From assembly GCA_020536535.1 (NCBI GenBank), contig JAHLWZ010000277.1, forward strand, positions 62,001 through 126,000: a stretch of DNA of 64,000 nt. The letters run 5' to 3'. Numbering within the stretch: the first letter of the stretch is position 1; each line of letters starts with the position of its first letter. A program made the translations under genes and the position numbers. Source of the DNA: Pelomyxa schiedti (Eukaryota; Protista; Evosea). The notes under the pieces are model-generated. The model was not told the DNA's origin. It ran no database searches and saw only the letters and a list, made by a program, of their open reading frames with translations. Positions 48,414 through 59,825 of the stretch are shown piece after piece.

Positions 48414-50425
48414 TCAAAAGGGTTTCCAGGTCAGCACGTTTGTGGAAGTAACATTGCGACAGGCACTGACCATAACAGCCCTATCTCTGTACTCCCGGGG
48501 TTTACCTGAGAGTAACTAGAAGAGAAATGCTTAACAAACAAAACAACCAACAGGGGAAGTGTACCAAGAAATCCAAAGCGGGGGTGCCTTCGTTCTGCAC
48601 TAGTATTTCAACAATTTCCTGTGCTTTGCCCTCTAGTTCCTCCAGTGTGCTTGAGTCGGAGAAAGCCTCTGGAACTTCAAGCGGGTGGTGGCTTAGTGAA
48701 TGTGGGTGGACATGGAAGTAAATTCCCGCGCGTAACGAAGTGGTAAGAGTAGAAAACACGGATTCTCTCCACTGTTCATCTACTACTCCTACGATCGGAT
48801 TGTCAATGTCATTGTAGTCCAGTACAATCCACTATCACCTGTCATAAAAGACTTGGAGGGCATTTGGGAATACTTTTGCTGGGGGTATCAAATCCTCGTC
48901 ACTTGGGATATATAGTGATGCCCACTCAGATAATGAGTGAGACAACCACAACGCAGGTAAAGTTCTTAAGAGCGATAGCCGGCTATGGGTAGAAACCCCG
49001 TTTTCGGGGGGAGCCAAATCAAAAAAGATTTCAGGTGGCATCCGGAAGATAAATAGATTACTGTGAGGGAGGCTTATTATTCAGTTGAAGATAATAAGTC
49101 ACGTACTTGGAAGTAGCGTAAAATGAATCTGGACTAGAAATAATCCCGGCATACGAAAGGCAGGTAAACTCAAAATCTGCCCCTGTCTGCCAAAGGTAAG
49201 AACAACTTTACCTTTCGAGGAAAAGGACATATGGAAGTTTATAAGTTTTTGCGAGTCTTGTTGAACTCTTAGAGTCAGTGATACTGCTGCTGAGAAAGGA
49301 AGCAAGAACATCAGATTCTGTTTTCTGAAATGTTGAGTGGAGGGAAAAAAGCTTGAGTGATTGCAACTTTCATAAAAATTGAATGAACGTCATTGGTCCA
49401 TTGTCCAGTGCCTGACAAATGCATCAAATCCTCATACGAATTCATAAATAAAATGCTGAGTAGATCTATCTTTTACAAAATGAAAATTTTGAGTATAATA
49501 AACCAATAATACATGTGGTGCTTGCTCGACGGACCCGTAGCCATCCCCTAAGCCGCGAACCTGCCACCAGACAAGACACTCCTAAACAAGTCAGCCCAAA
49601 GGGATTCCTCAAAGCACACACTGTTGTATCTAATGAGCGATTGCAGGAATTACTCAGACTTTGCCATTTATCTTCAATGATTGCCAGTGTGTGATTCCCT
49701 TTCTCCATAACGGCAGACATTATCTTCTTCCATTCAGTATTGAAGTTAAATCGGTATAACTGTTGTTACCTTCTCATAGGAGTTTGTAGCAAAGGAGCTA
49801 ATTTCAGGCCAGGTGAGGAAACCTGGAGGAACGGTTCATTTGTGAATGATTTATACTTATAATAATTTGTAGCTAGAGATTTTTGGGAGCTTGCCTTCCA
49901 AGTAACCTGCACTGTAAGCTTGCATCACTGCTGGATATTGTGCTGCCGAATATATTCGAAGCCGAGTCCAGCTAATTCCACTTCCAGAAATGCGCTCTTT
50001 AGAACCCCACGCCATTGCTGCATTTGACTTGGTGGGTGACTTTTCCAGAAAGTTCCACATAAAAGAATACCTGAGCGCTCTCTGCCAGAAACAATATTGC
50101 CAGTTTTTTGAAGAGAAAAAGTAGTACCATAGAGGGCCTCAGGAGGCCTCGCCCGCCAAGGTGTTTGTGAATTCATCTTGGGTTCAAAAACTCGCATGGT
50201 CACACCACCCCCTTCCCTCAACCCAACAGACGCTGTTGGTTTTATTCATGTGAATTACCAACTAACAGTGTGGGGCATTACAAAATATACAAGTGCGGTT
50301 GGCATACGGTGCTGAAATTCGACGGGAGGAGGCGGTCGTTTGGGCCTCGGAGGTGGACTCAAGGTGATGTACCACACGAACAACACCAACATGCACGAGT
50401 ACAACACCACCTGGTACCTGTTCAT
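48414..50425 (-). CDS. Phospholipase B-like (PLBD/Ntn-hydrolase family) divergent protein with N-terminal membrane anchor
   Basis: Hydrophobic VVLYSCMLVLFVWYI, then WTRLRIYSAAQYPAVMQAYSAGYLEGFLTWPEI, which matches the PLBD alpha-subunit motif as recalled. The rest is divergent and shorter than typical PLBD. Confidence 0.6.
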
Positions 50426-51954
50426 CCTCGTCAACACCGCCTGAATAAAAAAAAAAGGAAAAAAAAAAAAAGCTTCGAAAACCAAAAAAAAAAGGCTGGC
50501 CTTAGTGGGCCGCGAAGAGTGGGATGGCAGGGAGGAAGGAGAGGGCCTCCTTAGGCGATGCATCACGCGCGAGCTGCTACTTTGTAGTTGTGGCATTGAA
50601 AAATCGCTGGTGCTACGCCGTCCGCGCGTGGTCGATGGCGAGGGGTTGGGGTTTGTGGTGCGGCTGTGCCGGTAGTATGCCTCTGTACCGTGAAAGAAAT
50701 GAAACAGGTATGCACCGCCATTTTGTCGAGTGTCTTGGCCCTTTTTTTTTTTTTTTTTTTTTTGGTAGTATTATCCAGTTCAGTGATAAGAACGATAAGT
50801 GCTTGCTGACACTCTCTAAGGTTACTGTCATTCCAGAACACTAGGCCGTAATGAACATTGTACTGACAACTGCATCCACTTGTACAGATTATGCCGTCAG
50901 CGGACCCTACTAAGTCAATGGTAATTAGGGTGCATTAGTTCCCAATCTTTCGTTAGAGGATATCAACTAAGTATGGCAGAGAAATAAAGGGGGAACGGGA
51001 ATACAGATGAAGGGCCTTTGGCTGGGCCTGAAAATGTGTGAGTAGGCTGGGAATCATACGTTGGGGGTGCCGGACCGACCGCTTACAACAGGCCAGTATC
51101 CTGGAGTTTCACTCCTGGGCACGTGGTTCTTGTTGACCAGCTGTGGTGGAGACATGTCAATTTTCCCGCTGTAATATGAGTGATAAATGAGGAATGCGGA
51201 AGTGTGGCCTGGGGCACTGAATGCATTTGAAGGAGAGCCATCAGCATATTGTGCTTTTTCAAATGGGCCCTGTGTGAAATAGTACTTAATTGACAAAATA
51301 AAACCTGCAAACTCACCGGCAACATACAAGTGGTGATGAACCCCGAACAACTCCTTTCTTGTTGGTTGGAAGAGCTTCAATTACTCCCACCCCAACTGCA
51401 GTGCAACAAACCTTCCCTTTCATTTTCCTTCTGACACGCCATGGTAAGATTACTTGCACTCACATAGCAAGAACGCATCCTAAGAAGAGCCAACATTCAT
51501 GTTTCCTCCGTACTTGTTTGTCCGTTCCAGCATACGTGCATGATCATCAACAACCCCACCAAAAAAAAAATCCTCTGAATATCCTAGACCAAACCCGTTT
51601 GTGGAGCCTGCCTTAAAAGTAATGACAATTCGCCACCGTCCTAAGATGGTGGCTAACTCATAGCAAAAAACTTGATTTTTGAACATTCTGGGGTGGATTT
51701 CGCCCTGAGTTCTTAGTTGATGTTGCCGCTTATCAGGATTCACAAGAAGGGAAAACTTAAATAATGGGCTTTCTCAAAAAAGAATGGTAAAAAGCAACCG
51801 CTGCCTTAAAATACCAACAATCGGTGCATCTAACTCCTTTTTTTGAAAAAAAAAAACACTACACAAAGAACAAGGTTTTTAAACCTTAAAACAAATAAAA
51901 AAAACCCGAAGGGGGGCTGACCACGATCCTCGAGCGTCACAAGTCAAACGATCC

Positions 51955-53167
51955 ATGGAGTCACCTATATACGTCCAGATCTCGCGTCTATTGACACGTC
52001 TTATCGAGGCTCAAAGACCCTTCGTACAATCGAGTCCCCCCCAAAACACCGCCTTTGAAGCTGTACGAGTACCAGGAATTACTCTGGAGGCTTACGTAAA
52101 ACGGTATCGCTAGTATCGCGATGTTTCTCGCTTTTAACTTTATTCCCCTACTCACAGACTAGAGCAGTATAGTGGGTGTAGCCGAATAACTATGGTAGCC
52201 GCTTTGGTCTTTATCGACCGTATTCTCGAGAAGAACCCCTTGTTCTTCCTTACCGAGAAAAATGCTCACCGGTTACTTCTTTCGTGGTGAGTTTTGGCAA
52301 CCTTAGCCTTACTCGCACTGACCATTGTGTCAGTTTAGTAACGGCCTTGAAATTTTACGAGGACAGTTTCTTCTCCAACAAGTTCTACGCCAAAGTTGGA
52401 GGAGTTTCTATGCTCGAGATGAACGCTTTGGAACTAGCTCAACTCAAGATGGTCCAGTTCGATCTTTACATAACCCCCGAGAGCTTTGCTCAGTATGATG
52501 ATGCTGTAACAGCCATCACAGGTTTCATCTTATACCCGTAACACCCCAGACTAATAGGTACACAGGTCTGCCCACCCAAGAACCCAACCAGGGCATGGAG
52601 TGCACAACCCCTCCTGGCTCCCCTTCTCCTTCTAGCACACCAGCCCCACCCCCATCTCCTCGACTTCAAGTAACCACTGTGGAAGTGGTCACGGCTACAG
52701 TAAAACCTTCCTCTACTTCATCCGGTCCTCTGTGCACTGGATCCTCAGTATCCCCACAGGAAATGACTTGCGCGTACAAGGATTGCTCCCAGTACCAAGT
52801 CCACCCTGTTGTTACTCCTTCTTTTACGTCCCCTCCTCGCTGCGCTACTCCACCTCCACAAGTGGACCAGCAGCAGGGCAACCCACAGCGAATCAAGCGC
52901 TCTCATCCTGCTGTGACTCACGCCACAGTCAACTCGTACAAAGCACCCCGCACATCAGCTGTCAACCAGTACCCCCCACAACAACAGTTCTCCCACCCGG
53001 AACTGGCCTCCCACTGGGTGTCTGAGCACCAAGAGCAAGCGATGCAGGAAGCTGCAGCCTTGCACCTACAAATGATGCGCAATCAACGCACCACAGCCCT
53101 CATGACCCCCTGTTCAGCCACACCCTCCCCCCAACAACACAACCAGGGGCTCATGCTGTGCTTCTGA
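51955..53167 (+). CDS. PHO80/cyclin U (P-type) cyclin with a P/S/Q-rich tail
   Basis: VPGITLEAYVKRLEQYSGCS..ALVFIDRI..NAHRLLL..ALKFYEDSFFSNKFYAKVGGVSMLEMNALEL. Confidence 0.93.
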
Positions 53168-54133
53168 AGGCGGCCATATGGCCGGGGGATAGGACAGTAT
53201 GCAATTCCCCACCCCATTGAAGAATGGGGTGGGCGAAGAAGCCAAACCCCTAGCCAACCCAACCCCTTTATTGCATATCCCATAACTCCACACAACCCCC
53301 CAAAAAGCCAAATCCCAGCCGACAACGGTAACTCGTTGTTGGTAGTGGGCCTGGCCCATCTGCTAAATTAGTAAACCACACCCTGACTCTTGCCAGGTTA
53401 GGGAACAACAACAAAACCTTTATCCCCTTTTCTTTCCATGTCGTGAGTTTGTATTTTTCTAAACTTCGCAGTGTACAGCTGTATTGTGTCACCAAAATGT
53501 GTTTTTGAATCATAAAGCTCGAACGTCACGGCAAATACTATTGTGCTCGTAGCGAGGGGAGCTACGTTCGCACGAGAAGTGACAGGATCGAAGTACGCGA
53601 AAATGGAGGAATACCAGCACACACCCTTTGGTACTTTTTTTTGGAAGGATACCAAGTGATTTTCCACGAATTGATCCTCCACCCCCCATGTTCAACAGTT
53701 GAGAGAATAAAATAGACACCAGACCTGCCTATGATAATGTCGCGAATAGAATTGCCACAAAAACAGAGCGAGAGCTTCCCAAACAATAAAAATAAAAAAC
53801 GAAAATTTTTCCCAGCGAAATTTTTGATGAAGCTTTCCCAAAAAAAGCGGGTAGTCAAAAAAACCAACAAACCAAAGGCCTACACTGCGTACCGATGTAT
53901 CATGTAGTGCCACACGCCCGCATCACCGGCCACACTTCCCCTACAGCCATCACCCGCTTCAATCAAATATTGCTGTCACCCTGGTCCTACTAGTTGGCTT
54001 GTGGAAGATTGGGCTCGTGGGGAGCCCAGCGCTTAAAGGGGTTGCTTCTGACCCCTGAATCGTACAGTTGCTCCTCACACCCACACCACGCATCAGGCAT
54101 CATCAGCAGCCCCATTGGCATCATCAACTCCCC

Positions 54134-54242
54134 CAGTTCAGACTTCAGGTTCAGTTCAGTTCAGTTCAGTTCAGTTCAGTTCAGTTCAGTTCAGTTCAGT
54201 TCAGACTTCAGGTTCAGTTCAGTTCAGTTCAGTTCAGTTCAG
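54134..54242. repeat. (AGTTC)n pentanucleotide microsatellite in two blocks, each headed by AGACTTCAGG
   Basis: Directly visible in the sequence. Confidence 0.95.
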
Positions 54243-55023
54243 TCTCTCATCTCAGTCTCAGTCTGCAAGGGCAAGCAAGATTTCTTTCAAAAGTAAGTAC
54301 ACTTGTACTCATGAAGTTCAAGCATACCCATTTTTATTCTAGGCGTTTTGTGGAAATTTCCGCATCATTCTATTTTATGCTGGCATGCAATTTGCCGCTG
54401 TTTTGAGCACATTGTTCATTCTTCCTTGTCTGCATCGAGTTCTTGCACCCTGCAAATAAGATAATAATATAAGTTTTTTGGAATTGTTATGTATGCACGC
54501 AGTCATACAGCTATCAAGTGGACGCAAAGGTTGGGTGAGGCAAATGCACAGGAATGGGCCGAGACATGTGCCAGGATTGTGGGATGGCGTTGCGACGCAC
54601 GCAGTTAATTCTACGTTAAGGACCCACAATTGTACGTAGCCACCCCCACAGCAGCACGTTGTAGGCCTCGCAACGCCAAGAGCCTCTCGTCTGGCTCCCA
54701 ACAGTCACCCTGGGCGGTGGTGGTGCTTCCCCAGTATTTGGTTGCGGAGGCTACGACGTACATGCGTTACGACACTTTCTGTATCTCGGGAAAATCGTAG
54801 GTTAGATGTTTCGAGCTAAGTAAGGCTACATACTACTCTGGAGATTTTGGCGAGTCAGATACTGTTATCTCCGCACCGTGTTGGTGCTGATCTCGGATGT
54901 CATCCTCAGTGCTATCCTGGGAAAACTGTCAAATTGAATTACTGCTGAACAACAGTATTGCAAGAAATGACGGCTATTTTTATTACGGTAACAGAAAATA
55001 GGAAGGAAAGTCAGTGAATGGCC

Positions 55024-57016
55024 TTAAGGCTCTTGTGGTGCCAGGAGCTTGTGTACATTTATCGTCCCAGATCCCTCCAAATTTGCGAGAATGGAAGACA
55101 CAGCATTGAAATTTTGTGAGCGGTTGGCTGATAGCTCCGTTTTGTTGAGTTGGGTGTACACACTGATGTTGTGGAGTATAAGTTCGACGGGAATTGTGGG
55201 AGGTTGTGAAACTGGTGCGGTGCTGAGCGCGGTGCTACTACTACGTGGTGGGGGTGCGGCTTGTGTGAATGTCAGAATTGGTGGAGGAGGCGGCTCCGGC
55301 TCAAGTCCGGGCTTGGTTGTGCTACTGTATGTGTGAGGGGGTTCTGGGGTGGTGTGTGATGGTGGCCTGGGGGAGCTATCTGCTCGGTGGAGTGTGTCCT
55401 CAAAGGAGTGCATCTCTTGGTTGATTTCTTTGTCAACGAGGCGTAGCTTAGAAAGGTACTGCTGGTTCTCGTCGGGGCACTGCTGTTCTACAGATTCCCT
55501 GTGTAAGTATTAGTACATAGGGATGCTTTCCAGAAACACGAACCAACTCGACTCTAGAAACTCGAGTATGCGGGAGGCTTCAATCTCCAAATTTCTAAAG
55601 AAAAATTTACTTTGGGAGTTGAAAGGACTAAGAGCCTACGATTCCGGTGATATAATGTCACTCCTAACTACTTGAATAGGGTGTCGTAGTTGAGTTGACT
55701 GTGGAGGCTCAGAGGCCTCTCCCACGTGAAGTTTGTAAACACTATCCTAAAAGGAACGTTATGCAAGTTGTTGGTTTGAGCTGACCCTACAATCCATTTA
55801 AAGAACAGTACTTCATGGTAGTCAATGAGATTGAGAATATCCTGCATCTTTTCAAAGAGAATCTTATGACTGTGCAGAGTCTTCTGGTGTGCCTGTGCAA
55901 TCATATGCTCGTAACTGCATATGAGTCAGATATTGCTTAAGAAATTTGCATTGCTACAAACAACAAATTACCCACTGTGGAAAGGAGGGGGAATTCACAT
56001 GACAACCAGCAGAAATGACTGAAGAAATATCGCGCAAACAAAGATTCAGTCTGGAGCACTCAGCTTGCACAGCAAACCATGCATCATGGCTAGCTGTTGT
56101 CTACGGGAATAAGAAATGATATAACAAACCAGTATCATACAGGGGAACTGCAAAACTGAGACACTCTTTTGATTTTTAACATGTTGTCCTGAGTTACAGT
56201 GCCCAATGATAAAGGGGGAACTGGCAACTAGTATGTAATCAGTTCTGGATTCAAACGAGAATCAATGTACCTTAGCCTGGGTGTACAATATTTCTTGTTG
56301 CTTTCTTTTGTAGTTATCAAAAACCTTGCCAAACTTGATAACCCACACAAGTGCTAGTAATAGAAGCCTTTGTTGGCGTTTTGACAGGGGAGAGGAAAAA
56401 GAAAAAGAAACTTGATATGTTATTAGAATCAGTAGAGTTCCCTCTAGAGGGTCTTACATACCTTGCACTTGTGGTATTAAAATATGCATGTGAAAAGGTC
56501 TCTGAGTAAGGGCAATTCCACTGAGCTAAGTGATATTGGACCATTCTAACAACGGAGAGTTTGGCCTGTTCCTTTAATTGGAGTGTGTTGGAAGTGCTTT
56601 CTGAATCCTGTTCAGGAGTTTCTACAGCTGAGATGAATTGTTTCAAACCACCGTTTAGTGTGTATGGCTGAGAAGTTACCTTCATCAAAAGAGGAAATCT
56701 GTGAGAGTTCGGGATGTGAAAACCACAGCCGCGCCATCTCCTGGGGGGTGGGGGCAAAGTCGCTCAGAACCAATATTATCAAGTCATGCAAGGCCCGCCA
56801 CAACTTGTGTACCTAAACAAAGCATTCTTACTCTCCAAAGTGGTACAAAGGTGCGTAGCATCGCAGTCTACCCACCGCCTTCGGCACATTGGTGTCGAAT
56901 TTCGCTATCCTCATCACCTCCTCATTTAGTCCCGCAGACACACCCAGCTGAACCAGCACACCACACACAAACCCCAACGTGTCGCGTATCCCCGCTGTCT
57001 TCCCTGCACCCTCCGT
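55024..57016 (-). CDS. TEDC1: Tubulin epsilon and delta complex protein 1 (TEDC1/C14orf80)-like, multi-exon
   Basis: EEVMRIAKFDTNVPKA/LWRALHDL (recalled human PEIFRRAKFDRPEATSALWQLL), SARLLLLALVWVI (SRELLLALSWLL), HEVLFFKWI. The start given is an in-frame ACG; the first in-frame ATG is at 56914. Confidence 0.75.
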
Positions 57017-57221
57017 TTTGTACTGGCTGTTTTTTTTTTTTTGAAAATGATGTTTTGTTTGTAAAGGTCTAATCGATTGGCGTAATGACACACGAGCCGG
57101 GCTCACAACACAAAAGATTTTATTTGTGTGGGGGGGAAACCTCCCTTTTTTTTTGTTTTGTTTTGGGTATGTGGGTGTATTGTACGAGAAAAAGAGGCAG
57201 GAAACCTTTCTTTGCCTGTTC

Positions 57222-58924
57222 TCAGGTCTTCTTGCTCTTGCCGTCTGCCTTGCCGCGCTTGCGTGAAGGGGATTTGGCTTTGCCACCGTCACTGGATTCC
57301 TCCTCACTCGATTTCGCCTTTGACTTGTCCTTGGAACGTTTCTTCCCGGCCTCCTTGTCAGTTGTCTTGGTGGATTTGGTCTTGTCCTTCTTGGATGGCT
57401 TGTCTGACTTGTCGGACTTGTCTGGTTTGTCTTTCTTGTCTGACTTGTCGGATTTGTCTGGCTTGTCTTTCTTGTCTGACTTGTCTTTCTTGGATGACTT
57501 GTCTGACTTGTCCTTCTTTTTGTGGGTGTGGGCTGGCTTTTCCCCAGATTCTTCTTCAGAGGAATGTGCCTTGTGGTGCTTCTTCTTGGACTTTGATTTG
57601 GGTGGCTCTTCTTCAATCTCTTCTTCCTCACCTGTGCTTTTCGGCTTGGCTTTTTCTGTTGCGGGCTTTTCCTTGGCAGCTGTGGTAGGCTTTGGCGCAG
57701 GCACTTCCTCTGCAGGGTGCTTGTCTTTGGATTTCGGCTCTGGTGCGTCTGCTTTGGGTGCGTCCGGTTTGGATGATGGTTTGGGTGCTTCCGGCTTAGA
57801 TGAAGTTGTAGAAGTTACGCTTGTGGTGCTTGATTCCATAGGCTCCAGTGGCTCTAACTCCTCAGGCGCATCCTTTTCCTTCTCTTCATCATCATCCTCA
57901 TCCACCTTCTTTGCCTTCTTTTTCCTTGACACTTTCTTTTTCTTTTCCGTACAAGACTTATCACCTTTGTAAAATGCAATAATTCTACTGATCACATTTG
58001 CTTTTTTCCCATACGACTTGACTTTATGAGTTCTACACCACTTCCTCAATTCCTCTTTTTAAGGTAAGGGTTTATACGTTATATGTTGAATGTAAACCTG
58101 TAGTATAATGTTGAAAAAGGTCCTGTGGAGTAATATCTTCGTTGATTGGGGGTTTCGATTTGCTGATATGCAGCTTGGGCTTCTTTTCTGGCTCTACTAA
58201 CTGCCATTGCAGGGTTTATTTGTAGAATAAGGAGAATGACAGGGTCACCTCTCCTGTGGCCATAGCATCAAGTATCTGTTGCTTTGTGTGATGCTTTGTT
58301 ATAGGTATATCCATAGCCTTAGCGCATTTACGAAGAAGTACGTGATCACACTGTGTTTAGAATTAGGGCTAATTGAGGTAGTTGAAGTGCACAGTTCGCA
58401 TAAAGTTTTCAATTCCACGGGCGATAATTTCCTCTGCAATGAGTTGCCGAACGGCATCAGGGGATTTGTCTTCAGTCCTATAGTTGGTGAGGGAGGAACT
58501 GTCGTTTTGAGGGCAGTGTACTCGTTCATTCCGAGGGCTTCCGTGAACAATTCCAGTTTGTCGTCCTCAACGTGTGCAAGGTATTTCTTGAGTTGTGGTG
58601 AAACGGTAAATCAAAAAGCAAGGGTACTACAGTCAATCCCACGTGCTCTACGTCGCCAACAAGAAACCGTGCGTAAGCCGCCTTCGTGGAGTACCTCCGG
58701 CTGTCGTCGAAAACGACCACCGATGCCATGTGCTCCTTCGGCATATTAGAGCAGAGGTACGTCGTGCCGATGTGCACGATTTGCTGCCGAATGTTGTCCA
58801 CGATCTCGACCTCTGTCATTTTCTCATCCAGTTTGACCTTCGAAGCAGCCAAGATCTCCTTCTTGAGGCGCAGTGGTAAACTCAATATCGCCGCTAAGTG
58901 TGGGTCCTGGTGCCCGCGCGACAT
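57222..58924 (-). CDS. SAP-like domain protein with a K/D/S-rich tail, multi-exon
   Basis: DLFQHY/..EELRKWCRTHKVKSYGKKANVISRIIAF (SAP-like helix-loop-helix) followed by a long charged low-complexity tail. Confidence 0.7.
57385..57515 (-). repeat. 9-bp-unit coding repeat, DK(S/P/K) tripeptides
   Basis: KDKSDKSSKKDKSDKKDKPDKSDKSDKKDKPDKSDKSDK. Confidence 0.8.
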
Positions 58925-59143
58925 CCTTGCGTGTTTTATGGTTTTTTAATGTTTTCTGTGCTTGTGTTTTTTTCTTTTACCTGCCAGTTTCGGTGGCAGT
59001 TTGTTTTCGCGCAAATCTTAAGGAAAAAGAGACTGTGAGACTGAGGAAGGCGTCGCAACACAGACAGACAAAGGTGGTTCTTTTCGACGCGGCTGCTGGT
59101 GTGCTGCGGTGGCTTTTTGGTTTTGGTTGTCCACTCCGCCCAG

Positions 59144-59620
59144 TCAGGTCCTCTTTTGTGCCATGTCGTCGAGGAACTTTCGGCGCAGGTGAAGAACCTT
59201 GGTGTACAGATCCACGTCGAGCCCCTCCACGCTCCTCACAACACGCGCAACCAGCAGCAGCTTCTTTCTGTTAGTAGTCCTTGTTGTTGCTGTCCCATTG
59301 CCACCGCTGCCATCACCACCACCATCACCATCACCAACATTGCCCTTGTCTACTACCTCCTCGTCCTCCCTCAGCTCACCAATGACCTGCACGAGCTCGT
59401 TGGGGGACGCCCTCAGGGCGCCGATCTGGGCGAGGCCCACGGAGAGGCACAGGTCCGCGGCCGAGGGGTCCTCGACCACCGCCACGTTGCGCGACGCCAG
59501 GATCTCCCGCAGCCTCCCGGTCACCCGGACGCTGTCCCCGGGCCCGCAGCCCTCGCGCCCCACGATCTCCTGCACCGTCACGACGCGCCCGCTGCGAACG
59601 GCCAGCGGCGACGCCCGCAT
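59144..59620 (-). CDS. TEN1: CST complex subunit TEN1 (OB fold), intronless
   Basis: GDSVRVTGRL...LVQVIGEL...LVARVVRSVEGLDVDLYTKVLHLRRKFL matches the Ten1 family pattern as recalled. Confidence 0.85.
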   Translation of the reverse strand: MRASPLAVRSGRVVTVQEIVGREGCGPGDSVRVTGRLREILASRNVAVVEDPSAADLCLSVGLAQIGALRASPNELVQVIGELREDEEVVDKGNVGDGDGGGDGSGGNGTATTRTTNRKKLLLVARVVRSVEGLDVDLYTKVLHLRRKFLDDMAQKRT

Positions 59621-59825
59621 TGCCTGCCTTGCCTTTGGGGTTTGGTTATTGGCGTTGTTGTCATGATTTAATTTTTCTTTGTATCTGGTATCTGTTCGCT
59701 CAGTCTGATTGGGATTTGTGGAGAAAAGGGCCATCGATAACAAACAGTCAAACTTTCAAGGGAAGCAGGCTCTTGGCCTTTCATTACTTTTTTTTTTGTT
59801 GTGGAGAACTTTGGTATATGGGTTT

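Noticed and set aside
54134-54242. Interstitial telomeric repeat near TEN1
   Set aside because: AGTTC/GAACT has no G-run and resembles no telomere repeat I know; proximity to TEN1 is probably coincidental.
53994-54406. ORFs with SSVQF repeats
   Set aside because: All three frames give the same repeat because of the 5-bp microsatellite, and there is no ATG-led gene structure.
57085-57972. 295-aa hydrophobic + strand ORF (LSDLS repeats)
   Set aside because: Antisense shadow of the K/D/S-rich tail of the minus-strand gene.
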